From contig CM097885.1 of assembly GCA_044892525.1 (NCBI GenBank), forward strand, positions 41,604,001 through 41,668,000: a stretch of 64,000 bases of DNA, in the 5' to 3' direction. This DNA is from Schmidtea polychroa. Its lineage: Eukaryota. This document shows, piece after piece, positions 36,636 to 49,947 of this stretch. The translations under genes were made by a program, and so were the position numbers. The notes beneath the pieces are model-generated. The model ran no database searches. It was given only the letters and a program-made list of their open reading frames with translations, and was not told the origin of the DNA. Position 1 is the first letter of the stretch; each line of letters opens with the position of its first letter.

Positions 36636-37870
36636 TTATACTAGTACAGTTCGATTTGCAGTAATTTGGATTTCATTTTCAAAAACCCCATAGATTATTA
36701 CATGGACTGGTTCAGTAGTTGCTTTACCGAACTTAATATCCAATCTCAAATTGCCACTTTGAGGTAATTGACTTTGATTTAAATCAAAATCTGGAGCCAG
36801 AACAAATGTGAAAAATGGATAGAATGTTTTGAATTCTTCCAGACTTATACCACAATTAAGATTTTTATCCAAATATCCTAAATTTCTGACAAGACTTTGC
36901 ATATATGAAGTACAATAATTATCATTATCAAAATCTTGAGTATAAGTTTCTCGATAATCAGTATTTTTCGATAATGAAAGAGAAGTTACACTAAAGTGTT
37001 TGAATTTTGATGAGGATGTATCATAAGATCCGTTATATTGAGCTTCACTTTGAAAAGTTACAAGGATAAAATTAGGCATTCTTCGATCTCCAAATATTTG
37101 CTCCTTGTAAAAAGATGATGCTCCTTTAGCAATTGCAAATGATACAATTTCTTTTGTTTTTATCGGATAAATTGCATGTTTGGTATTTAATCCAATTTGA
37201 TGTCCCGCTAATACAGACGATTCACATCGAACTCTTCGAACCATTAATTTGGCATCGAGTAATATTAATTTAGGTGCTGCACCTGCAACTCCAGTTGATA
37301 ATGACAATGCAGAATCAGATCTTTTCAATCTCATATGTACATTAACACCTGGTAGTAAATATTTGGGTTGATCCATAAAATCCAATTGTAGAGATGAACA
37401 CACGTTAAAAGTTTTTGAGCCTTTAATCCACTTTTTTCGATCATCAGATACACCATATCCCATTGGAGTTAGACAAGTATCTTTAGTATCATTATTATAA
37501 TTTAAAATAGTTTCGATAATTGCCTTGTGAGCATATGTATTGTTTCCACCCTCAATTTTAATGTTATTAAATCCAAGAATAACATCTTTAAAGAGAGTAT
37601 GAAACAAGAAATTATTAGGTTCAGTTGTATCATCTGCAGCTAATGCTTTATTGTCTTTATCTACAACTTTTATTTGAACATACAACAAAGTATCGTTCAA
37701 ATCTAAATATTCTGTTTGAGAACCATTAATGTAAAATTCCACATCATTTCTACTATCGGTAATAGAATTCATTGGAATTTTAACAATATATTTCAATGTC
37801 TCTGCGATGAAGACATGCAATGGACAAGAATTATTGAAGGGTTCACCTACATGAAGATAATCATACTCAT
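36636..37870 (-). CDS. Polinton major capsid protein (double jelly-roll); N-terminal start disrupted
   Basis: VEFYING...YLDLNDTLLYV, NNFLFHTLF, Y.HKA.IETILNY, QPKYLLPGV, A.YP, GNLRLDIKF and I.ITANRTV; the ATG at 37870 is out of frame with the long ORF. Confidence 0.88.
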
Positions 37871-38069
37871 CTTTGAATTACTTTTTTTTTATATATATAT
37901 ATATATTATAATGTTTAAAACATTCGAAGGTTTATGACCCTTTGAAGGTTATACCATTCGAAGATATGACCATTAGATATACCTCTGAAATACCTTTTGA
38001 ATTATAAGGTTTGAAAAGATTTTTTAAGTAACCCACCAGTTTATGATATTGATTTGCATTTAAATTATT

Positions 38070-38120
<51 letters not shown>

Positions 38121-38285
38121 ATTATTATTTTCAAAGTAATATTATTATTTTTCAAAGTAATACTATTTTTTATTATTATTTTATTATAATTATTATTAAT
38201 TAATTAATTTTATTATTATTCACAAAAATATTATTATTATAAAGACATGTTGAACTCATGTCACGTGTAAATTAAACAAAGACAA

Positions 38286-38410
38286 TGAGTAACAAAGACA
38301 TTATTTGTTACTATGTGAGTCATTGATGACTCATCATTTTAGAACAAAGCATAGAGTATGTGCGTATATTTCTCTATCCTATCGTTATTCTGATTGGATA
38401 GACGTTACAT
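38286..38410 (+). promoter_or_regulatory. Internal inverted-repeat module, copy 2
   Basis: tgagtaacaaagacattatttgttactatgtgagtcattgatgactca...ctatcctatc...gattggat, the inverse of 35860-35990. Confidence 0.55.
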
Positions 38411-38779
38411 ATACTCTATGCTTTTTCAAAATGCTCGTGGATGAAAAAGTAAATTTTAATTATTATGTTTTTAATTATAATGTTTTTTAGAAATTATGAA
38501 ATCAATTTATGAATTTTTTATGAAATTTTATTATGAATTTTTTATGAAGAATATGTTTTTATGGAGAAAATTATATCAGAAATGGTAATGTTTTTTATTA
38601 CTTTGTAATTACTTTGAAATAATATTAATTTGATAATAATAATAGTAATAATAATTATAATAAAATAATAATATTACATTGAAAATAATAATACTATTGA
38701 TAATAATAAGTAATAATAATAATAATAATAATAATTTTGATAATAACATCTTTGTTCTAGTGGAGTCCTGAGTCATCGT

Positions 38780-39559
38780 TCTAATCGTGTGTGATAGTCT
38801 TTGTCTAAAAAATAAATGATTGGTCGTTGTTCAAAAAAGTCATCGATGAGTCATACAGGTGGGGGGGAGCTAGTGCACAAAAAAATAATAACTCCTTATT
38901 TAAACTATGAGTCATCGATGAGTCTTTGTCTATATGTCTTTGTTTAAATGTATTTATTTAAATATTTGTTTACATGTCATTATTTAAATATTTGATTAAA
39001 TGTCTTTGTTTAAATATTTGTTTAAATGTATTTATTTAAATATTTGTTTACATGTCATTGTTTAAATATTTGATTAAATGTCTTTGTTTAAATATTTGTT
39101 TAAATGTATTTATTTAAATTTTTGTTCAAATGTATTTATTTAAATATTAAATATGTCTTTGTTTAAAAAATGATGAGTCATACATACTTTATTAATGAGT
39201 CAGTTGGCTTTGTTCCAAAAATGATGAGTCATATGACTTTGTTACTAAAAATAGAGTGACCTTGATGAGTCATCTTCTTTGTTTAAAAATGATGAGTCAT
39301 CGGGCAGCGTCAAAGGTGATGAGTCATATGTACTTTAATGATGAGCCATCGTCTTTGTTTAAAAATGATGAGTCATCGGATCTGATCAAAAAGTAATCGG
39401 ATCGGATCAAAAAGTGATTTGGATCAATGATCGGATCAAAAATGATGAGTCATCGACGAGTCATATGTCTTTGTTTTGCGCTGAGTCATCGGGGGGGGGG
39501 GGGGGTAGTGCAAAAAAATGACAAAAAACGATGAGTCATGGAGCACACTTGTCTCTACT
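38780..39559 (-). repeat. Polinton right TIR
   Basis: Ends ...GAGCACACTTGTCTCTACT; about 13 TGAGTCA motifs counted by eye from 38769. Confidence 0.92.
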
Positions 39560-40000
39560 TAGACCCACTCTTTCTTTACTATTATTTGTTTGTTTGTCTG
39601 TTACAACAAATCTTCGCAAATGATGGTAAGTAGTGACGTGACATTTACACATGTAATTCTGGCTGCTATTTCTCGATAAACTGTATGTTATTTAAAGCTT
39701 TCAACTTTTTTTCGTTCAAAGTCACATGTTTGAATTTGACAGACTGACAGACAGCTTTTTGTGGGAATGTCAGCGGGTGAAGGAATCCTCAACATTGTCA
39801 ATGATCAACAAGAAATTAAAAATATAATAGAATAATAGAATAAATAAAATTAATCATATTGAATAAAGAATGAATATTTCCCGGTAGAAGCAGTGTAATA
39901 AAGCCAGTTAGATATAATCTCCAAAATCTTACCAAGTCATTTATTTTTAAAATTTTATTAAGTTCAAGAATTTGAATAGATATCTTGAAATCTTTACACC

Positions 40001-40572
40001 TAGGGTTGCCAACTGTACGCTTTTGAAGCGTAACCTACGCTTTTCGTGCAAAAAACAAACATGTATACGTTATACACACGCTTTTCATAGATATACGAAA
40101 AAATGCGCTTTTAGCTTGCTGGGATAAAAATATCGTCAATTTTTGGTTCGATGGTGTAAAAAAAATTGCTTTCCAAATTGAAACGGCAGAATGTTTTCCA
40201 AATTCATATTTAAATTTACTTGAAATTTCCAGAAAAACTGTCATAATTACAATGTGATATTTCCTGTATTTTGAAAATTAATTTTTGAGATGTTGAAATT
40301 AAAAAGTAAAATATATAATTTTATTAATTATTAATTTTGTTTAAGTTTTATTAATTGTTGATTATTATTGCTCTCTATAACCTGTAAGTAAATTTATAAT
40401 TCGAATTTAGTCAACAATTTATAAAAAAATATTTGTTTGTTTTTTTTATAATAAAAGAGTTTTGTTATTTTATCTCAATTTTTATTTATTGCAATTATTT
40501 GTCATTTTTGTTACTATATGGTTAAAAGAAATTTGAATACGCTTTTGGTCGAATCAAAAGTTGGCAACCCTA
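40001..40572. mobile_element. hAT MITE
   Basis: TIR TAGGGTTGCCAACT / AGTTGGCAACCCTA; 8-bp TSD TTTACACC on both sides. Confidence 0.92.
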
Positions 40573-40710
40573 TTTACACCCTAAATTATTTTCTATTTTT
40601 ATTGTATTTATAAAACAGAAACCCAAAAACTCATTCTAGAAGTCAACAGTAAATTCCTAAAATAGTTATCATTTCATTCTTAATTAAACAATAACGTTTT
40701 TAATTTTCAG

Positions 40711-40827
40711 AAGTTTTTTCTATGGATATCAATAATTATCATATTGAATGGGGAGGAATGAACGACGTCTTCATAACTAAGCCTTCAATGAAACAGTATG
40801 TACTTGATAAGATGGGATTAGGCAGGG
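40711..40827 (+). CDS. DDHD1: DDHD1-like phospholipase A1, exon 4
   Basis: VFSMDINNYHIEWGGMNDVF...DKMGLGR aligns by eye with DDHD1 HVDWHSVDEVY...QKLGF; ttttcag acceptor, phase 1/1. Confidence 0.75.
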
Positions 40828-42291
40828 GTTAGATCCTTTAGTACGAAATTCATTATGATTGTGAGAATATAATTTATTAAATTAATTAAAATTATTAACA
40901 ATTTAATAAATTATTATTTGGTATTGTTTGCCAAATTCCATTTTTGTTACAATATTAAACAAATTTTCATGCAGATTTGTTTTAATAATAATAAAAAAAA
41001 TCGTTGGAATAAATGAAATTCCTAATAACTTTTAATTGTGGATGCCATTAATACAGAAGGCAATGTGGTGAATTTGGTGACCACAATAAGAAATTTTTTT
41101 AAGCATTCTGGAAGTTATCTGATATCATTGAGGTCATATCTATTTCAAAATCAAATAGAGCTAAATTTATCAAAAGATTTTATCCGTAAATGCAATAATA
41201 ATGACTTTAAAGACACCCAAAAAAAATCCAAAATAAAGAACCATAAACAATTAAATAAAGAAATACATTCAATCAATGGTCAAACCGAAGTGATTAAAGA
41301 AAATGTCAAATATACAGGTGTGGTAAAATATGTCAGATAAAATATCAATCTTTCAATACTTATCATGCAAAACCAAGTCAACCAAAATGAAATAACAGAG
41401 ATCAAAAATGAAAATAGTAATTCAAGATCCAGAAATTGACTAAGATTTATTGAAGATTATTGAACAAAGTTCAGTTACTGGCATTTATGGCACCAATACT
41501 TTGAGCTGCGATCACACAGGGATAACAGTTTTGGAAACCATTTCCCACAATTAAAGATAATCAGATAATATATTGGTATGCCCCACCATCAGAGGGGGGT
41601 TGGGACTTTCAGTAAATGCAAGTAATGTAATGTTAAAGGAAAGTATGATTGTCACCAATGGTGATTTGATATATCTTTTGAATGATGAAAAAATTAATAT
41701 TTTGTTAATAATAATTGTAATTTCTTGTCTGATCCAGTATTGATCCAGTATTGATCCAGTATTGATAAATGGGAAATGAATAATTTAGGACGCAGCGATG
41801 ATTTTGATTGAAATTTGGATTATTATTATTATTATTATTTGTATTAATAATATAAATAATATTAATAGCTCACTTAACAATATAAATAGTTCAAATAGAT
41901 GTTTGCTTATTAGATACATGGGCTAAAATTGAAGTTATAGATAAAAGTATATTTAAAAAGATTAATTAATAATCTCAAAAATATCTAACAAAGTTATGTT
42001 TCACCAAAACATTGCCTATTACAAAAATTAAGAAAGTTAACGTTCAAATATTGGGTATTTAGAAATAAAAATGAGTTGAGTTTTAAAAATTGAAAGAGAG
42101 TTCACCAAAAATAATTGGATGAAGTGAAAATTTGAAGACATTTAACAATATTAATATCACAGCGGATATGAACAAAATTAGTATTAGTTCAAGAAATGGT
42201 AACCCACGGTGAATATATTGTTATAAATCCAAGACAACTCATTTGGCAAAATAAATTGACGAGAATATTCAAGAAACCGAGAAATTTAGTC

Positions 42292-42948
42292 CAGTAGACC
42301 CTCGCCTTACGACCGCCTGGTTTTACGACCTCGTTTCTAGGGCCAATCACGACCATGACTCACAATTACGACTAGCCTAGCCACGCATTCCCCCAGCCTA
42401 CAATAGTTAGGCCCTAACTTCAATGAAAATATAATGACTAATTTTGTAACAAAATACTAGACATTCATGTTTTCAATCACAATACTACCGAATATTATTA
42501 AGTATTTTTATTTTTAATATTTATTAATAAGTGAATAATATCTAGTGAATAATATTTAAAATACAAACAATATTTCTTTCATAAAAAAAATTTAAACTAC
42601 AATTTTATTTAATTAAATTTGGTACAATTGCGTATTTGAGTACAGAAGCTACTTTTCGTGTGATTGAGAAGGACAGTATTCAATGGGGTCATCGTCGATT
42701 GCAACTACATCATTTTCAATTGTAAAATCTTCTATCACCTCTGTATTATCAACCTCCATTGTTTGGCTGGCACATACAGTATTCGCATTTAGTTATATGA
42801 AATTATTTTGTTAAAGAATAGATAGGCGAAATTCAAGACCTACGACGAATTAGCCATTTATAACATTGGGTCAATGGGAAATAAAACCTCTCTTTACTAC
42901 TGCTCAAATTACGACTTCTTTTCAGCAACCAATTGCGGGGGTTTACTG
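42292..42948. mobile_element. pogo/Tigger-type non-autonomous element
   Basis: CAGTAGACCCTCG start, gggggtttactg|TA end, and subterminal ttacgac repeats. Confidence 0.6.
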
Positions 42949-44611
42949 TATAATAAGAGAATGCAACTCACTATGTAATGATCTTTTTTGTATGTGAAAA
43001 TAGGATAAAAATGACACAATTGTGATGAACTGTTAAACGGTCTTATCGAAATCTATATAAATTTTATGGGAGTGAATTGGACTTTTTCCCCCTCAAAGTT
43101 ATTTAAGCCTCACAAATATTTCCCCTAATTCTCCAGAGGATTATCCTGATAGCAATGGAAACCATTTCTCAACAATGACTTAACCACATAATTGAAATGA
43201 AAATATTGTGCAAAATAAACGGAGTTCATTAAATACAAATAATAATCCCATTTCAATCCTGAAAAATACAGTTAAAGAACTAGAGAATTCAAGTCAACAA
43301 ATCCGCAAAAGATATGGAAATAGTGATGTATCGAAACGATAAGAGTAATTTCCGACAATTAACTATTCCAAACATTAGACCTTTCGAGAAACTGAAAGAT
43401 GCTGTTAGTCATGATCGCGACAACAAAGAAAGCATTTCAACTCCATTAAATACATTCTATATAAAGTGAAAATGATCCTGAACCCACCATCGTGAAGTTC
43501 ATCAATGAATTACCTACCATGTAATGCGTGTTATGAACTCTATTACTTACCCCTACAATATGAATCTCAATCAGAAAATATCAGCAATCTCGAACGGAAA
43601 GCTCCAATAAGGGAAATCCGTAATCTGTTTCTGTTAATACCCATTATGTAATTGCGTTTGTGTGCCCATTATATTATGGTTTTATTGTATTTGTGCATGA
43701 TTGTAGTTAGGTGATTGTGTCATTTATTATGATGTATCTTTCAATTTTCTTATATGTGTATTCTTTCATTGCACAGTGCGTTATTAGAATTATGATTTTT
43801 CAGGAGTTCATGGAGTTCATTGTTGAAAATTCTAAATATTTAAAAAATTTGTGAAAGTAACGAAAAAAATTTATTTGGACAAATGGAAAGAGGTATTTGC
43901 GAAACTGAGAGAAAAATTTATTAATGTATCTTTTTCAAAATCCCTAAAGCAGTGGCCAGTCTTGATCGATAAATGCGCAGTTTCATCCCAAAAAAATATT
44001 CTAAAAGCAAAAATAAAATGTTTTAAGAACTTTTTTTCCAATTTCACCACTGATTTTTTTTCCATTTTATATATTAAAAAGAGCTTGAAGAAACTATAAA
44101 CCAGCAATATATCAAAAAGATCGATATATTACTGATTTATAGTTTTCAAGCTCTTTTTAATAAAAAAGAATAAAATGGCTTATGGATTTCATGTTTTGCC
44201 CAAACGCAAAATTGGCTAATGCATAACAAAAGTTGAAAATTTGGTAATTTATTATTTTACAAATCGTTTTAAACATTATTTCTATTGATCACAAGGCAAT
44301 TACATATATGATGAAAGTAAAAATCGGGAGACTTAAAATAAGCTTTGAAGAAAATCATTCCAATATAAGTAGATCATGAAGAAGATAATGTGCTAAGTCC
44401 GCAAAATGTCAAACGATTCTTATTAATTATGAAATTGGAAAATTAAATAAACTAAGTTATTGGTAATTATGAAAAAAAGTCCAGAACCAGAATGAAAACG
44501 TAAACGAAGGGGTGTGAGAATATAAATAATTTTTATTAATTTAGTTAACTATATTCTCACGATGATTTTGGATTATAAAGCTTTAAAATTAATTTTATTT
44601 TTTACAACTAG

Positions 44612-44750
44612 TTGGAAACAAAATTTGTCGAGGGTATCACGAGGCAGCACTAGTGGATGATAAGCTTCCAAATATTGACCACTTATGTTTTGTCATTGAA
44701 GGAATTGGTAAAACCTATGGAAATAACACAATTTACGAAAAAGTATCAGA
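44612..44750 (+). CDS. DDHD1: DDHD1-like phospholipase A1, exon 5
   Basis: CRGYHEAALVDDKLPNIDHLCFVIEGIG (DDHD1 HRGY.EEA..EDK...HIVFVVHGIG); GTAAGT donor, phase 1/2. Confidence 0.88.
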
Positions 44751-44815
44751 GTAAGTAATAATTATAAACAAATCTTTTGCTTATAAAATATATCTTAATT
44801 ATTGGTAGTATTATA

Positions 44816-45927
44816 TACGTGATGCGTTCCTTATAAGTACCCGGAATATCCAATAAAAATTAATAGTACTTTAACAATATCCTAGGGAAATCTTAACATA
44901 TTATATTTAGTTGTTATATTGTTCGTTTTAATATTCACTTGCATAACAGTGTGGAAGAGCACATTTTCAATTTATTTGTCAAATCATGCTTCATTCTTTC
45001 GAGTATCAAGGTTTGATTAAATTCTTTGTTTTGCGTGATGATAACAGTTAGTAAATATTGAATCAGTTGCGGATGACTTATGGGAATATATGTCAATCTC
45101 ATTCGATTAGCCAGTTCAAGTATGGTCAGTGTTTGATGATGAGAAAGTTGGTCATCCTTTTAATATTTCTGTTAAAAAAAATAGGAATCTTTGAAAATTG
45201 TGAAGGAAGAATTCTTAATCACTATCAAGTATATTTCACAGCGGTTGAATGTGAGCACCGGAGGTGTGCATGTTATCCTGAATATATCTAGCGTAAGAAA
45301 ATTGCAATCCATTTCCGTCCAACGTTTTCATTCCTCTGAGATATATGAAAACTATAGAGAATGCTGCCAGACGAACATGGTTACCAATCCCCCAGAAATG
45401 TCATTACTGTGGATGAAACTCCTTTATCCCTGTATGTTGCTCAGACAAATCGTGAGTCCAGCAAATAGAAATTTCTTGAAGAAATGAATTCCAGGAAGAT
45501 GAGATCTGGAACATGTCATCGAAAATCACTGATGTTGATAATATTTTTGATCAGTGGTGTAATCTGTACAGATTTCACTGAAAAAGATCTGCGAATTAAT
45601 TTCACATATGTAATCGTCGAAAGCCGCGTGGTCTCCTTCCAAGGAAATACCCCAGTCCTCTAAAAGCCCAAACAATGGTAGCGATTGAGAAAAATACTGC
45701 AGAATTTGCAATAGTATACGAAACCTTTCTTAAAAAATCAAAGCCTGAGTTTCTTCAAAATTGCCTTTATGGAACTCTCGTATCACTGAAGGAAGTGTAT
45801 ATAGACCACAATATGTCTAATATTGAAAATTAAAGCCTGAATACCCTTGTTGTTCCTAGGTTAAAATATATCGTTTCTGTTGGTTTCCTTTTGCTTCTAA
45901 TACAGGTACTTATTTAATGCACCACAT
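44816..45927 (+). mobile_element. Decayed mariner transposon
   Basis: EYQGLIKFFVL...LRMTYG N-terminus and VITVDET (D1); degenerate TIRs at both ends. Confidence 0.7.
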
Positions 45928-46019
45928 ATTTCTTAAATCACAAGAAATCAAAAAATTTCCAATGTATTTAATTTAAATTTTTTAATATAATAATTTAATT
46001 TTTTTAATTATAATTTTTT

Positions 46020-47864
46020 AATTCAATTACAAATTATTTTTAAATATATATTTGGCCTTCCTCTTTTACGTTTTTCTCCTATTGGTACTTGTTTTGCAGC
46101 TGCTGGTGGTTTGATATATTTTAAACGAATTGATAAGCCAATTACATATTTGCACATATATTCTTTTAGAAAACGTGGACATGTACACTTTCCTTCTCTC
46201 CATTTGACGCTCATGTCACTATCATTTGATAAATTGACAAACCAAACAGAAAAAGCTCTTTCTTGAACTGATCAAACGTGTTCCATCTCATTTCAATTAC
46301 GTTTTGAGTTTGCTCTTTTGTAAGTTCTTCTTTATTTCCGGCCGGACAATAATACTCTACAGAATTTTCGCGTTCTATTGAAGTGACTTGTTTATTATTC
46401 TTTGCCCAATGATAACCTAGGTTTCGATTAATTGTTACTAAATCAATAAATTGTTTGTTGTTGTTTGTATATTGCTTTGATGATTTTTCAACAGAATCTA
46501 CGCATTGTTGTAAAAATCATGATAATGGTATTCTTTCTCTAAACGTTTCTTCATTCTTTATCTTCTTTTCGATTCTAGTGCATTTATTTGTGATGGTGTG
46601 TTTGTAGCAACTCCTTCAAACCAATTTCGACGCGATGAAAACCACAGTTCTTTCATGTCATCGATAAATTTGTTTTGTTTCTTAAAAACCCATTTTTTAA
46701 AATTTTTTTATGCATTGCTTTGTCAAAAATTAATTTACTTGAAGACAACTGTAAAGCACCAATATATCATTTAATACATCATCTTGATAATCTGAATCAA
46801 CTAAATGCAACTTTTTAACCACATTGCGACGCATATGAGCCCAGCACATAACTAAGAGCGTATCTTCACCAGACACATTTTGGAAACCATTGCGAATTGC
46901 ATTTGAAGAATCTGAAATCAAAGTATCAACTTGTATTGTTTCACCCAATTTTTCTAATGACTCAACTGATGACTTGAAAATAAATGTGAAATCAGATGTT
47001 GTTTCATTTGAACATACGCTTATACCATATGCATGAAAGTGACCATCCATATCAGTTGTACCATTTATTAGAACTGGAACGCCTTGCCAAGTTAACTTAT
47101 AAGTTGCATCGGCCATCATTTTATTTGTTTTTAATGCGTTTCTCTAAAGTTTCTTTGTTGTAATAAAAATGTGAAATTTATTTTCATCATCATCGTCATC
47201 GTCTTCTTCTACTTCGTCATCGCCATCACTATAATGAATATAGAAAGCACCAACATAACCAGTATCTTCATCATCTGGAACTGTAGAATGATCATTGCAC
47301 CATTGTTCTAACTGAACAAGACTTATTTTTGTAGATTCGTATTGTAATTGTTTCAGTCGACTTGACTTATATAATTTGATATTTGAGGTTTGCTCTTAAT
47401 ATGAACTTTCAGATTATTATTTTTTCGGAGTTCAGCTAAAATTGCTTTTGGTTTTATCTTGAGATCAAAAAGTCTTTTAATTTTTTCTTTTACATTATTA
47501 GATAATCCATGACTTCGATTACGATGGTCATGTTTATGTTCATCTTCAGTTCTAAAAAGAACAATATCTTCCTTGCGACAATCGTAAAGCAAGCTAATAG
47601 CAGCTGGCCACTACTCATCTCTTAATTTAACTTTATTGAATCTAAAATATGTTTTATTACCATCTTCAGTGTTATTTAAAAAATGAAAACTCCACATCTC
47701 TTCACTGTTAATAAAATTCATTGCATCTTGTTTGCTTTTAAAAGTTCTTTCATTTATCCCATTGCGATTTCTATTCGCAATTCTCTTGCTAGGTTTTATT
47801 AGAACTAGGTTGATTTGTAACGTAATTCTGAATCCGAAAAGTAATTTGGAATATTTGAAGCCAT
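46020..47864 (-). pseudogene. MULE/Mutator transposase with a SWIM finger, decayed
   Basis: ADATYK, LISDSSNAIRNG, CWAH, NWFEG...NALES and CTC...MCK; frameshifted across several ORFs. Confidence 0.88.
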
Positions 47865-48232
47865 TTTAAATATTTTTGAAATATTGTATACAATTATTTA
47901 TTTAATTATAATATCAAAATAACAAAAATCATTTGTAATTTAAATAAAATACTAATAACTAAATAAAATAGTGGTGATTTATGATCATTTTTAAGTTTTA
48001 CTGATCATTAAAAAAACTTAGCATTTAATTAAAATACTGGTAATTAAAAAAAATTCTAATCATTTAAAAAGCGGCCTTATATAATAATCATATTATACAT
48101 AATTATTACTTTATTTTTTTATACAACCACTGAACAATATTTAAATTACATTAATTAATTTTAAATATAAATAATTCCATTTTATATTCATTTAGATCCA
48201 TATAGTTTAAAGTTTAATAATAATAAAGTTTA

Positions 48233-48484
48233 ATATATAAAGTATTTTGATTAAATTACATGAAGAGTCTTGTGCTTACTACTTAATAAATTTGCTAAAA
48301 AAATAAAAAATATTAACGAGCCGATGGTGTGCCGCATTTGAACATCCTTGGTTTAAACTTTAAACCAAGGATGTCCAAATGCGGCACACCATCGGCTCGT
48401 TAATATTTTTTATTTTTTTTAGTAAATTTATTAAGTAGTAAGCACAAGAGTCTTCATGTAATTTAATCAAAATACTTTATATAT
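48233..48484. repeat. Near-perfect ~250-bp palindrome (inverted duplication of a hAT 5' end)
   Basis: Arms of ~125 bp meet at ggtttaaaCtttaaacc with only a few mismatches. Confidence 0.93.
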
Positions 48485-49947
48485 AATAAATATAATAATT
48501 CAAATAAATAATTTAAAAAAATATAATTAAGATGAAATTTACGACTGAGCATGCATACTTAGTTATAATATTGTCAATTTCTTAGTTCTGTCTAAATTCG
48601 ATTATTTTCACTTCATTTACATTTTTAAAATTAGAATTTATAATCCAAAGTTTTACTTTTACAGAATAAACTTGATATGTGGATTTTTTTTTTACATTCT
48701 TTTATGAGATGAGATTCATGTAGTTAATTTAAATATAAGACATTGTATTTCAATTCTTTGACAAGATATTATGAAATTTATTTTTTTTGTATTTCTGTTA
48801 ACTGCGTGTCAAATTTTGTATTCAAAAAAAGTATAATATTTGGAAAGAAAGAGTTCAAAACTAAATTAACATTATTGGATTAATTATTAGATTAATTAAT
48901 TATATTAATGGATTTTAAAATTTTCTCTGTTGTTTAAATAAATACATTTTCAGTAAACTATAATCTTAAATATTGAAAATTTTATATTCATATGGCCATG
49001 GAATCTATTACTAAAAAAAGGAAGATAGCAGAAGAAAAGAGGAAATTTAATGTCCAATGGACGGGAAAATATTTTGTTTCCGAGTTATTTAGCAATATAA
49101 TGTCTTATATGTAATGATAAGATTAGCGTATGCAAGGAATACAGTATCAAACGTCATTATGCTTTGATACATGAGTCAGAATACCAGACGTTTAATGAAC
49201 AAAGAAGAAAAACGAAAATTAAAGAATTGACAAAAGCAATTAGATCACAACAAACTAGTCTTCAAAAACATGTTGTTAAAACTGGAACATGTTCATAAGT
49301 TAGTTACCTTATAGCTGAGAAATTAGCTAAGAAAGGAAAACCACTTGTTGATGGAGAATTAATAAAAGAATGCATTGTTATTGCTTTTAATGAGTACTGT
49401 CCAGACAAAGTGAATTTAGTAAAGGAAACATGTCAGACAATTGGCAGAAGAATTGATGACTTGGGTGATAATATTGAAGGCACACTGAAGGACAAATTGC
49501 CTGCGTGCATTTTTTATTATTATGGCTGGAAGACAAAGTCAAAAGTTTCATTGAATAAATATTGGTTAATTAAATTAATTTTTTTAATGTATAGCTACAT
49601 ATAAGGATTACAATATTTGGAATGTTGCAATAATGTAAATAGACTATATTCACATGATTTTGTTTTATATTGTAATTTTTCCCTTAAATTTAAGGGGATA
49701 GTACCAACAAAAATTGTCGTTTTTAAAAAATTCACACTCCGGCAAGCGCACTATGAACTTCACATCCATGAAAAAAAGGCTGCAACATTAAAAAATAATC
49801 TCCTCTACTCCCAAAAATCTCTAAAAAATTTGAGACCATTCCCTAGGGCCTAGGGCTTAGACTTAAGATATTCTGGTAGTTTTGAGGCCCTGTTAAATAT
49901 TTAAGTTTGCAATGCGGCCTATTAAATTTAAAGATTGGACATCCGTG
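48366..49947 (+). mobile_element. hAT (SPIN/Charlie, GTF2IRD2-like), internally deleted
   Basis: TIR caaggatgtccaa / ttggacatccgtg; flanks ctttaaac and gtttaaac; ORF remnant KKRKIAEEKRKFNVQWT.KYF...KEYSIKRHY...KKGKPLVDGELIKEC. Confidence 0.88.

Larger units (their letters stand above)
30363..39559 (-). mobile_element. Polinton/Maverick (adintovirus-like), 9.2 kb, internally reduced
   Basis: AGT...ACT termini; perfect 6-bp TSD TAGACC (30357-62, 39560-65); ~750-bp TIRs; pPolB, adenain protease and major capsid genes. Confidence 0.96.
30000..39800 (-). mobile_element. Decayed pogo/Tigger transposon, split by the Polinton
   Basis: Joining across the TSD gives SKERVGLLFTC (Tigger SKER motif); KHVTLNEK HTH remnant at ~39720; YQP...IIKVHF and ALNKVTSNTFRKA at 30040-30260. 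Confidence 0.65.

Noticed and set aside
41000..43700. Possible retroelement ORF remnants (also a GIY-YIG-like trace at 50100-50330)
   Set aside because: Too decayed to assign a family by eye
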